Below are positions 1 to 9,150 of a stretch of DNA of 64,000 nucleotides, piece by piece. Positions within the stretch are counted from its first letter, which is position 1, and every line of letters begins with the position of its first letter. Source of the stretch: an uncultured bacterium. Its GTDB lineage: Bacteria; Verrucomicrobiota; Verrucomicrobiia; Verrucomicrobiales; DEV007. Position numbers and translations under genes: made by a program. The stretch is taken from NCBI GenBank assembly GCA_963977015.1, contig CAXBMO010000007.1, forward strand, positions 192,001 to 256,000, written 5' to 3'. Under the pieces are notes generated by a model. The model had not been told where the DNA came from. It saw only the letters and a list, made by a program, of their open reading frames with translations, and searched no databases.

Positions 1-696
1 CGGATGGAACGTCCAGTGGTTTTCCTGCCGGTACACAAAAAAGAGTTCACCCTCCATGAAGTAGAAGGATTCGGAGAACCCGGAATGATCTCCGAGCGAG
101 CCATCGACCGTGATCAACTCGAGCGAACCTGATTTGGGATGGCGATGGTAGACGGCTTTCGCTTCAATTGGAACACTTTCATCCGCGAACTCAATGGCAG
201 AAATTCGGGCGTCGCGCAGGTTGATGTCGTTGAACCATTCGCGAATCTGCTTGGTTCGCGCGGTGGCGATTTCTTCACTGAGTTTCGCCTGAGCCTCCGA
301 TTCCTCGACGGGTTCCAGCCGTATTCCGGCGAGAACCTGGCGGATCTGGGCCGCATTGATCTCTGCGCCGCTTTCATCCAAAGCATTTCCTTCCGCATCG
401 AGGAACTGGATCTCAGCGTCGATCACAAGGTTGAAGGGATAACCATCGCCACTTCCCCTTGGCTTGGCAGAAAAAACATAGGGGGCTACCCGCTGACCGT
501 CCAGGTTCTCAAACTGCTTGCCCAATCGCGTGGCCGTTCCTGCCGGAACGACATCGAACGTCATCTCAACGAACGATTGCAGCTTTCGATTCTGACTGAG
601 CAAGGGAACCACATCGTCCCAGGAAACGCTGCCCCCCGCAGAGGTAATCTGTGGGAGCATCAATGCGGCAAAGATGAAGTTTCTGGCCCGGATCAT
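1..696 (-). CDS. Hypothetical exported protein, 3'-truncated by the window edge (absent from the ORF track)
   Basis: Manual translation from ATG at 696 gives MIRARNFIFAALMLPQITSAGGSVSWDDVVPLL...FFVYRQENHWTFHP, open to base 1. The N-terminus is signal-peptide-like and the gene is divergent from the decarboxylase. Confidence 0.75.
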   Translation of the reverse strand, partial: MIRARNFIFAALMLPQITSAGGSVSWDDVVPLLSQNRKLQSFVEMTFDVVPAGTATRLGKQFENLDGQRVAPYVFSAKPRGSGDGYPFNLVIDAEIQFLDAEGNALDESGAEINAAQIRQVLAGIRLEPVEESEAQAKLSEEIATARTKQIREWFNDINLRDARISAIEFADESVPIEAKAVYHRHPKSGSLELITVDGSLGDHSGFSESFYFMEGELFFVYRQENHWTFHP

Positions 697-747
697 GGTC
701 GAACAAAGTGTGCTATTATAGACTTAGCAACCCCACTTTCCTTCACA

Positions 748-1935
748 ATGGCCTTTCACTTGCCCCCAGAACAAGCGGCGAGGCTCGACGGCCTATTCGA
801 GCAACTCACCAACCGCCGAGAACATTATATCGGATATCCGTGCACTGCAGATCTCGACTTTCGCGAGCTCTATCGCTTTCTGGATTTCCCCATCAACAAC
901 GTCGGCGATCCGTTTAAGGACGGGACCTATGGGCTCCACACCCACGAGTTTGAACGGGAAGTGATCGAGTGGTTTGCGTCAATTTTTCATGCGCCCGAGG
1001 ATAGCTACTGGGGCTACGTCACCAATGGAGGGACGGAGGGCAACATGTATGGCCTTTACCTGGCTCGTGAGCTTCACCCCGGCGGGATGTGTTACTACAG
1101 TCAGGATACCCACTACAGCGTGGCCAAGATTTTGCGGGTGCTGAAGATGCCGCACATCATGATCAAGTCGCTCCCGAGCGGCCAGATCGATCTCGCGGAT
1201 TTGCGGGCCACCCTCAATATTCACCGTGACGTCCCGCCAATCATCTTTGCGAATATTGGCACGACGATGCGCGAGGGTGTTGATGACATTCCCCAGATTC
1301 GGGAAATTCTCGCCGACCTCGCAATTCCCGAGAGCTACATTCACTGCGACTGCGCCCTTTCCGGAATGACCCTCCCCTTTATGGAGGGCGCACCTGAATT
1401 TGATTTTCGGCAGCGGGTCGACAGCCTCTCCATCAGCGGCCACAAGTTCATTGGTTCGCCTATTCCCTGTGGCGTTGTCCTCGCGAATCGAAGTCACGTC
1501 CGGCACATTGCCCGTTCCATCGAATATGTCGGCTCCCTGGACACGACCATCTCCGGTTCGCGAAACGCGATGACACCGCTATTTTTGTGGTATGCCATTC
1601 ATAAATGGGGCAAAGACGGGTTCCGGCGAAGAGTCGCAAGCTGTCTTGAGAACACCGAATTCGCGATGCAGCGTTTTGCGGAAATCGGCGTAAAAGCCTG
1701 GCGCAATCCCCATGCCATCACGGTCGTTTTTCCCCGGCCCCCTGAAGAGATCCGCACGAAATGGCAAATCGCCGTTCATGATGAGATTGGCCATTTGGTG
1801 GTGATGCCGCACATTTCAAAAGAGCAGATTCGCGCGTTTATCGACGATTACGCCGCCGCCTTGCACGATCCCCAACAAACTCGCCAACGGATTCCACGGA
1901 GTGACCTTTGCGCGACCTTGGAACTCACGCCATGA
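748..1935 (+). CDS. hdc: PLP-dependent group II decarboxylase, histidine decarboxylase family
   Basis: Likely start ATG 748 (MAFHLPPEQ). Motifs IGYP, NNVGDPF, WGYVTNGGTEGN, THYSV, IHCDCA and the PLP-lysine SISGHKFIGSPIPCG. The first ~200 aa of the 139..1935 ORF are the antisense shadow of the minus-strand gene. Confidence 0.85.
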   Translation: MAFHLPPEQAARLDGLFEQLTNRREHYIGYPCTADLDFRELYRFLDFPINNVGDPFKDGTYGLHTHEFEREVIEWFASIFHAPEDSYWGYVTNGGTEGNMYGLYLARELHPGGMCYYSQDTHYSVAKILRVLKMPHIMIKSLPSGQIDLADLRATLNIHRDVPPIIFANIGTTMREGVDDIPQIREILADLAIPESYIHCDCALSGMTLPFMEGAPEFDFRQRVDSLSISGHKFIGSPIPCGVVLANRSHVRHIARSIEYVGSLDTTISGSRNAMTPLFLWYAIHKWGKDGFRRRVASCLENTEFAMQRFAEIGVKAWRNPHAITVVFPRPPEEIRTKWQIAVHDEIGHLVVMPHISKEQIRAFIDDYAAALHDPQQTRQRIPRSDLCATLELTP

Positions 1936-2342
1936 AACAGATCACCGTCGTTGCGAAAGAATGTGAGGACATCGCCACCTTAATCGCCGAGGCGCTGGCG
2001 TCGAAAGGCATCAACATCGAGAGCATTACGCTGGAGACGATCGATGAATCGAGCGTCGTGGGCCTTGTGGTCGATCAATACGACGACGCGTTGCTCGCTT
2101 TGCGCGACGCCGGTTTCGACGCAGTCAGCGAAGACGCCCTGCTCATTCGCGTTCCTGATGAACCGGGAAGTTTGGCGAAAATCGCGCGACGATTTCACGA
2201 TGCGGGGATCCACGTGCGGAGTTTGCGAATCATTCGCCGCCGCCAGGGAAGAGCAATCGTCGCGGTTTCGGTGGATCGCACCAAGCAAGCTTTTGAGTTG
2301 GTGAAGGACTCGATCATCAGCGAAGATCGACTTCGCAAATAA
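1932..2342 (+). CDS. Tandem ACT-domain protein
   Basis: ATGA overlap with the decarboxylase stop. Two ACT-like repeats (IAEALASKGINIESI; DEPGSLAKIARRFHDAGIHVRSL). Confidence 0.8.
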   Translation: MKQITVVAKECEDIATLIAEALASKGINIESITLETIDESSVVGLVVDQYDDALLALRDAGFDAVSEDALLIRVPDEPGSLAKIARRFHDAGIHVRSLRIIRRRQGRAIVAVSVDRTKQAFELVKDSIISEDRLRK

Positions 2343-2501
2343 GGCCATTTCGACACTAGCCGAAGCAGGAGAAGTCCGGTTAATCAACCAGGCTTAAATA
2401 TAATGTTCGTGAAATAATCGTTGATACCAAATCTAGCTTGGTTATGATGGCAATGTAAGAACAGAATATTTAGAATTCCCCTCATTTTTCAGAAGCCAGG
2501 C

Positions 2502-5219
2502 ATGAGCGACCAAAAATCACTCCCCACACTCGTCGATCCCCCTCAAATTGACCCTGTCCATAACCGGCGTCACTGGCAAGAAGCCGCCGCCCTTACATGC
2601 GCAGGACTGGCTGTTCTTTACGCCATCGCCCTTGCTACCTACACCCCTACCGATTTGCCTGGTTGGATTCCTTTTGCACAGACTGGTGCGAGTCCGTCAG
2701 CTGACGCAGAAGTGCAAAACTGGGTAGGCCCTGCCGGAGCCATCATGGCCGGGAGTGCCTTTTACCTGGTTGGAGCAGCGAGCTACCTCATCCCGCTGGT
2801 CATTCTGTGGGTGGGCGTCGCCATTTGGATCGAGCGAAAGCTCACGGTGGGCCGCACGCTGGCAGCCACTGGCGCCTTGCTTCTCTCCGCAGCCTGTCTG
2901 ATTGAATTTCAGCCCTTTGTTTTTGAATCACTGGTGGGAGCTTACAACCTCCCGGAAAGCAAAGGTGGACTGGGTGGACTTTGGGTCGGGCGCTTTGCCA
3001 CCAAAGGCACCATTGGCCATGCCGGAGGCGCCTCACTCATGGCCGTCGTTTTCCTGATTAGCGCCGTGTTCGTCGGCGGTAGCCACCCATTTCGCGTCAA
3101 ATCGCGCCTTCGCCAGAAAATGAGCGATCGCAGCCGCAAGAAGACGGAAAAGCGAGTTTCGCGCTACCATTACAACGATCCAACAGCCACTGAGGTGAAC
3201 GTTTATCCCGAAGCTGAGGCTGTGGTTGATTCGGGCATGGTTCAGAACGCTCACAAAGCGCCTGCAGAGCCGGTCTTCGTCACTCCGATTCACGACGAAC
3301 CTCTGGTCAGCGCCAATGCGGCGCCCCCGGTTTCACCCACCGCATCCCAACCTGGCTATACGGATCAGATGGTGGCATCCGATGACTCCGAGACGATTGA
3401 CGCCCCTCATCCAGCCGAGGTTCCCATGGAACGCGAGGAGCCTATACCCGTTGCGACGCCTCAGAACACGCAGCCCCAGCCAAGTCCAACGCCGGTTCCC
3501 TATCAGCCCAAGGTAAACGACACCAACCGTAGCCGTTCCTCGACAGTGGATTTCTCGGCCATGGCGGCAAGTTTCAGCCCAAAGGCAGGAAAGGAGCAGT
3601 TTGCGAATTACACGCTGCCGGCGCTGAACCTCCTGAATGACGAAGAAGAGGACGAAACTCCGCTAACCGATCAAGCCGAATTGATCGAGACCCAGGAGAC
3701 GATCATCAATACCTTGAAAACCTTTGGGCTTGGAGTTCAGGCGGGTGATATCACCCGGGGACCAACGGTCACTCGCTACGAGATTTATCCGAGTGAGGGA
3801 ATGCGCGTCAAACAAATCGCCGCGCTGGAGGCTGACATTGCTCGAGCGACTCGCGCGGAATGCATCAACATTTTGGCGCCAATCCCGGGCAAAGACACCG
3901 TCGGAATCGAGATCGCAAACACCCGCAAGGTCCTCGTTCCCCTTCGCAAATTGTTGGAGCAGCCCGAGTTCGTCGAAACCAAGATGAACATCCCCATCGC
4001 CTTGGGCAAAGACGTTTACGGCAAGACGATCGTGGCAGATTTGGCGGCGATGCCCCACCTTCTCGTTGCGGGAGCGACCGGAAGCGGAAAAAGCGTCTGC
4101 ATTAACTCGATCATCGCAAGTCTGCTGTTTCGCTTCACGCCGGATCAGCTCCGCATCATCATGATCGACCCCAAGGTGGTTGAGATGCAGGTTTACCACA
4201 CCCTTCCCCACCTGGCGGTCCCTGTGGTGACCGACCCCAAGAAAGTGCTTCTTGCCCTGCAATGGTCGATCAACGAAATGGAGCGACGCTACGAACTGTT
4301 TGCGCGCTACGGTTGCCGCAAACTGGAGGAGTATAACAAGTTGGCGTCACGCCCATTTGTCCCCGGCAAGTCCAAGCAGGACAACCCCGATCAAATGCAG
4401 TTTGACGACATGCTCCTATCCGATCCCAACTGGGAAGATGAGGCCCCCAGTCCCCGATACAATTCGAGCCGCCGCCAACCCAAGCAGCATCCTCTCGAGA
4501 ACGGGGATCCGGACTTTCTGCCATTTGTGGTCGTGATCATTGACGAGTTGGCCGACCTCATGCAAACCGCGCCGGCGAACGTGGAGACGTCCATTAACCG
4601 CCTTTGCCAAAAGGCGCGGGCTGCTGGGATCCATTTGATTGTCGCCACCCAGTCCCCCCGTGTTGACGTCGTCACCGGATTGATCAAGGCGAACATTCCG
4701 GCGCGCATCGCGTTCCAGGTTTCGTCCGCCACGGATAGCCGAGTGATTCTCGACAAGTCCGGCGCTGACAAACTCGTCGGGAAAGGTGATATGCTCTATC
4801 AGCCACCTGATTCACCGGTTTCGGTTCGCGCCCAGGGTGCGTTTTTGACCGATAGTGAAGTTCAGGACGTCTGCGATCATTGCAGTCACCAGGCAGAGCC
4901 CGTTTTCGAGCCCGGAGTTCAGCGAGCCTTGCAGGGTGATTCTGAGCCCGGCCCCGAAGATGTCTCCCTGGCAGACGAAGAAACCGTCGCCCGCTGTATC
5001 GATGTGATTTTGACCGATGGCAAGGCCTCGACCTCGTTCCTCCAACGACGTCTTCGTCTTGGATACAATCGGGCTGCTCGCATGATGGACCTTTTGGAAG
5101 AGCGCGGAATTGTTGGACCGGGAGATGGCGCCAAGCCACGTGAGATCCTCATTTCAGCGACCAACGAGGAAGACGAGCCGCAGGAAGCTTCCCAAGAAAG
5201 CTCTGAATCCCAATTCTAG
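2502..5219 (+). CDS. ftsK: DNA translocase FtsK/SpoIIIE
   Basis: N-terminal TM region, Pro/Gln-rich linker, Walker A GATGSGKS, MIDPK, Walker B VVIIDELADLM, LIVATQ and the gamma domain ASTSFLQRRLRLGYNRAARMMD. Confidence 0.97.
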   Translation: MSDQKSLPTLVDPPQIDPVHNRRHWQEAAALTCAGLAVLYAIALATYTPTDLPGWIPFAQTGASPSADAEVQNWVGPAGAIMAGSAFYLVGAASYLIPLVILWVGVAIWIERKLTVGRTLAATGALLLSAACLIEFQPFVFESLVGAYNLPESKGGLGGLWVGRFATKGTIGHAGGASLMAVVFLISAVFVGGSHPFRVKSRLRQKMSDRSRKKTEKRVSRYHYNDPTATEVNVYPEAEAVVDSGMVQNAHKAPAEPVFVTPIHDEPLVSANAAPPVSPTASQPGYTDQMVASDDSETIDAPHPAEVPMEREEPIPVATPQNTQPQPSPTPVPYQPKVNDTNRSRSSTVDFSAMAASFSPKAGKEQFANYTLPALNLLNDEEEDETPLTDQAELIETQETIINTLKTFGLGVQAGDITRGPTVTRYEIYPSEGMRVKQIAALEADIARATRAECINILAPIPGKDTVGIEIANTRKVLVPLRKLLEQPEFVETKMNIPIALGKDVYGKTIVADLAAMPHLLVAGATGSGKSVCINSIIASLLFRFTPDQLRIIMIDPKVVEMQVYHTLPHLAVPVVTDPKKVLLALQWSINEMERRYELFARYGCRKLEEYNKLASRPFVPGKSKQDNPDQMQFDDMLLSDPNWEDEAPSPRYNSSRRQPKQHPLENGDPDFLPFVVVIIDELADLMQTAPANVETSINRLCQKARAAGIHLIVATQSPRVDVVTGLIKANIPARIAFQVSSATDSRVILDKSGADKLVGKGDMLYQPPDSPVSVRAQGAFLTDSEVQDVCDHCSHQAEPVFEPGVQRALQGDSEPGPEDVSLADEETVARCIDVILTDGKASTSFLQRRLRLGYNRAARMMDLLEERGIVGPGDGAKPREILISATNEEDEPQEASQESSESQF

Positions 5220-6070
5220 ATTCGGATTGTCTGAATGGACGGTGCAGGAACCGGAAATTTCGTCCTTGTGAGGATTTGGCTCCGCATCAGAAGAATGGTA
5301 ACCCCCATCAGCAAAATTCCAGTAACGCCAAGTGTCCGGACACTGATTTTGAAGTCGCGTTTGGAATTGCGGTTCTTGAAATCCCAACGATTCCAGAGCA
5401 TTTCAACGTGACCGGTTCTTTCGAGAACCCGGAGACCAGCGTTGAAGTTGGCCAACCACTCCCGGTTTGATTCCGCCACCGCTACCGTGAGCATGCCTGA
5501 AGGCAGAGAATCCGATAGCTGACGAATTTGAGGATGAAGTCTGGCTTTAGCGAGTTCGATTTCGGTCTCCAGTTGATCGGAAACCAAAAGGTCGCACTGA
5601 TTTTTTAAGAGCAATTCAAAAGCGGCTTTGGAACTCTCCACCGGCACAACTTTCCAGCCCCGGGATTTGGCGTAATTGTGCGCGGTTGAGCCTTTTTTCA
5701 CGGCGACCGCCATCGTTGCGTTAACGTCTCTCATTCCGCGAAGCTTGGAATCCTTCAACGCAAAACCTCGGAGCTGCTCAACACGGTATCCGCTCGAAAA
5801 CACGATCGGCATGCCCGATGAAACAGCATTCAGTTGAATTCCGGCTGCGGCATCCACTTCGCCGGCCACCAACTTCTCGATACATTCCAAGTTGGAGGAA
5901 ACCGGCACGAAGCGGACGTCTCCGTTCCCGATTCTCGATGCGGCAAGGATAATTTCCCGATCAAAACCAATGGTTTCAGATTCGATTGCGACTTTCCATG
6001 TCTCGGCCGCCGCTATGGAACCAAAACAGGCAATAAACACCGGAACGAAATGAGCTGTAGACCACGCCAT
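5216..6070 (-). CDS. Family-3 (amino-acid type) substrate-binding domain protein with a C-terminal TM helix
   Basis: Signal peptide, GFDREI, LVAGEVDAA, VAVKKGST, FNAGLRVLERTG...RW, then hydrophobic LGVTGILLMGVTILLM. Confidence 0.7.
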   Translation of the reverse strand: MAWSTAHFVPVFIACFGSIAAAETWKVAIESETIGFDREIILAASRIGNGDVRFVPVSSNLECIEKLVAGEVDAAAGIQLNAVSSGMPIVFSSGYRVEQLRGFALKDSKLRGMRDVNATMAVAVKKGSTAHNYAKSRGWKVVPVESSKAAFELLLKNQCDLLVSDQLETEIELAKARLHPQIRQLSDSLPSGMLTVAVAESNREWLANFNAGLRVLERTGHVEMLWNRWDFKNRNSKRDFKISVRTLGVTGILLMGVTILLMRSQILTRTKFPVPAPSIQTIRI

Positions 6071-6270
6071 ATTATAGGATTTGTTGTACTTTTAATTTCT
6101 AGATTCAAATATTCAACAATTACCAACCGGATTTCATTGGTCATGGCCTCGGCAGACTGGGGCGAAAAGCCTCTATTCCCATTATTCTCGACTTTGCATC
6201 CAATGATTCTTAGGATTTCCCCGTCGAAGAAAAAAGCCCTTATCCAGCAATCAGTCCTTCACTTTAAAAA

Positions 6271-6705
6271 ATGCGCTCCACAGTACGACTAGCGGTTCTC
6301 CTGAGTCTTGTTTGCCTTACCAACAGCTGCATGACCGTGAATGAAGAAGGGGACCAAGGGAATGGAGGGAGTCTGGCGCCGAGCAACGGATCCACCGAAG
6401 GTAATGGAAGCAGTTCAGCAATCCGGGCCATTGAGTTGGTTCAGGTTTTGTGGCGCAAGGTCGATGACCATCCCGTTTCCTACGTTCCATCGGAATTGGA
6501 CCGAACTCACCCAACTGGCGCCAACGACGGGGAATGGATTATTGATCATCAAAGCGGAGCCAATTTCTTCGTCCCGTTTCAAGGCGTCGGCAAAGCCACC
6601 TACGACCATGTTTTGGCATCAATTCCGACCAACGGTCAACCTCCAGAGCTTGCTAAGAACCTGAACGTCGCAGGGGTTGACCTTCCTTCGGTTCCACCAA
6701 ACTAG
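6271..6705 (+). CDS. Hypothetical lipoprotein
   Basis: Signal peptide ending in lipobox-like LTNSC, then a Gly/Ser/Asn linker and a small globular domain. Confidence 0.6.
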   Translation: MRSTVRLAVLLSLVCLTNSCMTVNEEGDQGNGGSLAPSNGSTEGNGSSSAIRAIELVQVLWRKVDDHPVSYVPSELDRTHPTGANDGEWIIDHQSGANFFVPFQGVGKATYDHVLASIPTNGQPPELAKNLNVAGVDLPSVPPN

Positions 6706-6754
6706 GGTATCGGTTTGCAAATAGGTTTCAAGAGGGTGCATGAGAATGATTCTC

Positions 6755-6773
6755 AATGTGACAATGGTGTAAC
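6755..6773 (+). promoter_or_regulatory. Candidate Pho-box-like site upstream of phoU
   Basis: AATGTGACAAT-GGTG-TAAC, two half-sites at 11-bp spacing (TGTGACA/TGTAACG). The same motif lies upstream of the phosphate-porin-like gene at 63532-63550. Confidence 0.45.
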
Positions 6774-6809
6774 GTTGCAACTGATTGGAACATCAGCTAG
6801 TTTGTTCGA

Positions 6810-7499
6810 ATGAGCAGTCACGAAGGCCACACCCTTACGTCTTTTGACGACGATCTTCAGAACCTTAGGAGTTCTGTTTTGATGATGGCGAGTCTCTCCC
6901 AGCGAAACTTGGAAAACGTGCGGAGAGGACTTTTGGAACGGAATTCTGATCTTTGTAACGAGGCGGTTGGCAAAGATGATGAGGTTGATGAACTGGAACG
7001 CCAAGTGGACCGGGAAGGGATGGAGTTGATCCTGCGTTACGCCCCGGTCGCCTCGGACCTTCGCCAAGTGCTACGTTCGATGAAAGTCGCTACAGACCTG
7101 GAACGCGTATCCGACCAGGCTGTTGGTATCGCCAAGCGGGCAAGAAAGCTCAACAAACAGACGGAAGTCGCGGCCACCAAAACGATGGAGCCGGTTTTCG
7201 ATCTGGCTTGCCAGCTTCTTCGGGACAGTGTTCGAGCCTTTAGCGACGGCAATATCGAGTTGGCGCGAACGGTGATCGCGGGCGATGGCGAATTGGACAA
7301 CCTCCACAAAGAGGTGCTGAAGCAACTCACCAGTTTGATGGAGGAAGATCTGGATAATCTACGAATCTATCTGCACCTCACGTTTGTGGTCCGGTTTCTC
7401 GAGCGAGTCGGAGACCATGCCGTCAACATCGCCGAAGAATTGGTCTTTATTGAAGGAGGATCAGACATTCGCCACCTGAAGGCATCTCAGGCTGCGTAG
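6810..7499 (+). CDS. phoU: Phosphate signalling complex protein PhoU
   Basis: Two PhoU repeats: APVASDLR...DLERVSDQA and FLERVGDHAVNIAE. Confidence 0.95.
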   Translation: MSSHEGHTLTSFDDDLQNLRSSVLMMASLSQRNLENVRRGLLERNSDLCNEAVGKDDEVDELERQVDREGMELILRYAPVASDLRQVLRSMKVATDLERVSDQAVGIAKRARKLNKQTEVAATKTMEPVFDLACQLLRDSVRAFSDGNIELARTVIAGDGELDNLHKEVLKQLTSLMEEDLDNLRIYLHLTFVVRFLERVGDHAVNIAEELVFIEGGSDIRHLKASQAA

Positions 7500-7627
7500 G
7501 GAATTGGCTTCGCACGGGATTGTTGCGACGCTTTTCCCCTCAGGAATAGCTGTCGGGTTGTTGTTCGATAGTCCAGCGCTGGCCCAACCAACAATCCCGG
7601 TCGAGAAAATTACCCGTCGCTCCCTGA

Positions 7628-8296
7628 CTAAGTCAGATCGGGCCGATTCTCCTGAGTGCGCTCCCGTGCCTTCTCTTTGCGCCAGTTCTCAATTTTCTCG
7701 TGGTGACCAGAGAGAAGCACTTGGGGAACTTCCATCCCCCGAAAGTTTGCGGGGCGGGTATAGTGTGGCGCTTCCAACAAATCAGGCTCTGAAAAGGACT
7801 CCTGCTGCGACGAGCGCTCATCGCCGAGCACACCGGGAAGAAGCCTGACGATGGCATCGGTCAAAACCACGGCAGCGATCGCTCCGTTGGTAAGGATGTA
7901 GTCGCCAATCGAAATCTCTTCATCGACGAGAGCATCAACCACTCGATGATCGACGCCCTCATAATGGCCGCATAAAATGATGAGGTGTTGCTCTTTGGAT
8001 AGCGAAACGGCCATGGATTGCTGCAATTGCCGCCCCTGAGGAGTCATCAACAAGACACGGCTCTGTGGACTCTTTAGGTCCTTCATTGCGGCAAAGAAAG
8101 GCTCCGGCTTCATCACCATGCCGGGCCCGCCACCGTAGGGAATGTCATCGACCCGCCGATGCTTGTCCTCGGTCCAGTCTCGCAAATCGTGAATCTGAAT
8201 TTCAACCGAGCCTGCATCCTGCGCACGCTTCATGATGCTTTCCCCTAAAGGAACGCGACACATTTCCGGGAAGATGGTGACGATATCGATTTTCAT
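7628..8296 (-). CDS. trmD: tRNA (guanine37-N1)-methyltransferase
   Basis: Start [11 protein letters not shown] at 8296. Motifs VDDIPYGGGPGMVMKPEP, LCGHYEGVDHR, SIGDYILTNG, YTRP, VPQVLLSGHH. Confidence 0.97.
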   Translation of the reverse strand: MKIDIVTIFPEMCRVPLGESIMKRAQDAGSVEIQIHDLRDWTEDKHRRVDDIPYGGGPGMVMKPEPFFAAMKDLKSPQSRVLLMTPQGRQLQQSMAVSLSKEQHLIILCGHYEGVDHRVVDALVDEEISIGDYILTNGAIAAVVLTDAIVRLLPGVLGDERSSQQESFSEPDLLEAPHYTRPANFRGMEVPQVLLSGHHEKIENWRKEKARERTQENRPDLT

Positions 8297-9150
8297 CACA
8301 GACTGATGATGTAGCTCAGAGTAATAAGCGTACGATCGTGCCACTTTGCACGATCGCCATTGATTAGGGAATAGGAACTCGGTGCCGTGACCAACAGAAA
8401 ACGATTTCCATCAAGCCAGCGCCCTTTCGCCGCCGTTCCCTGGTAGCCGGCAAAGGCTTGTCTTCGCTCGGCATGGATGAATCCGGAAGCGAGCTTCCCC
8501 CCATTCGGCTCGACATAGTCGAACGAAAAGCCATGGGCACCTTCCCGAAGTTCGTCAGGAACCGCCGTCACCACAATGAAGTGATCGGACATTTTGCGCC
8601 AGTTCCAGGACGCCGTTTCAGAATCATATCGAGCAATCTGGGATCGCAATCCCAGAATCGGAAGCGTTTCCTGGATCAAGGAGAATCGAAGTTTGCGATG
8701 CGTATCACGGACGAATTCGACACTCGCAGTCCCTTGGTCCCGAACCCATTCCGTTCCCTGCAACTCAGGCAACCGGTTCTCTTCGGCACAATCCCGAAGG
8801 GCTGCCAGCAGATCTGAATGCGCAACGCCGCCCGCTTTGGTAAAACGCTTTTGGTGCTCAAAAATCAGAGACGGTTGATCAAAATATCGCCCAATGACAA
8901 ATCTCAGCTTCGCCACATCCCCGGCGCCTGTCAGCTTCTGATAGACCGTTCGATGAGATTCGGAGCCAAACTTCAAAGCATTCAACATCGCAGCAGGACC
9001 ACAGGCAGTGGCGGAGAAACTGGTTTGATCAACGGGTTCGGCGTTCTTCGCGATTTCCAAGCCCACAGTTTGAGCTCCAACGGTCAGTCTCAGGAGAAGA
9101 AAAACAGCCCCGAGCACGGAAGTCGTCTTAATCGAGATCGCCGTCATCAT
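8296..9150 (-). CDS. Exported protein with papain/C39-like cysteine-peptidase motifs
   Basis: Signal peptide ([15 protein letters not shown]). Q...[11 protein letters not shown] (Cys), DHFIVVT (His) and YVEPNGG (acidic residue) occur in papain-fold order. Overlaps both prfB and trmD. Confidence 0.55.
   Translation of the reverse strand: MMTAISIKTTSVLGAVFLLLRLTVGAQTVGLEIAKNAEPVDQTSFSATACGPAAMLNALKFGSESHRTVYQKLTGAGDVAKLRFVIGRYFDQPSLIFEHQKRFTKAGGVAHSDLLAALRDCAEENRLPELQGTEWVRDQGTASVEFVRDTHRKLRFSLIQETLPILGLRSQIARYDSETASWNWRKMSDHFIVVTAVPDELREGAHGFSFDYVEPNGGKLASGFIHAERRQAFAGYQGTAAKGRWLDGNRFLLVTAPSSYSLINGDRAKWHDRTLITLSYIISL

Noticed and set aside
139-747. Apparent 200-aa N-terminal extension or fusion on the histidine decarboxylase
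   Set aside because: It is the antisense shadow of a minus-strand gene (696..<1). Decarboxylase similarity begins at ATG 748.
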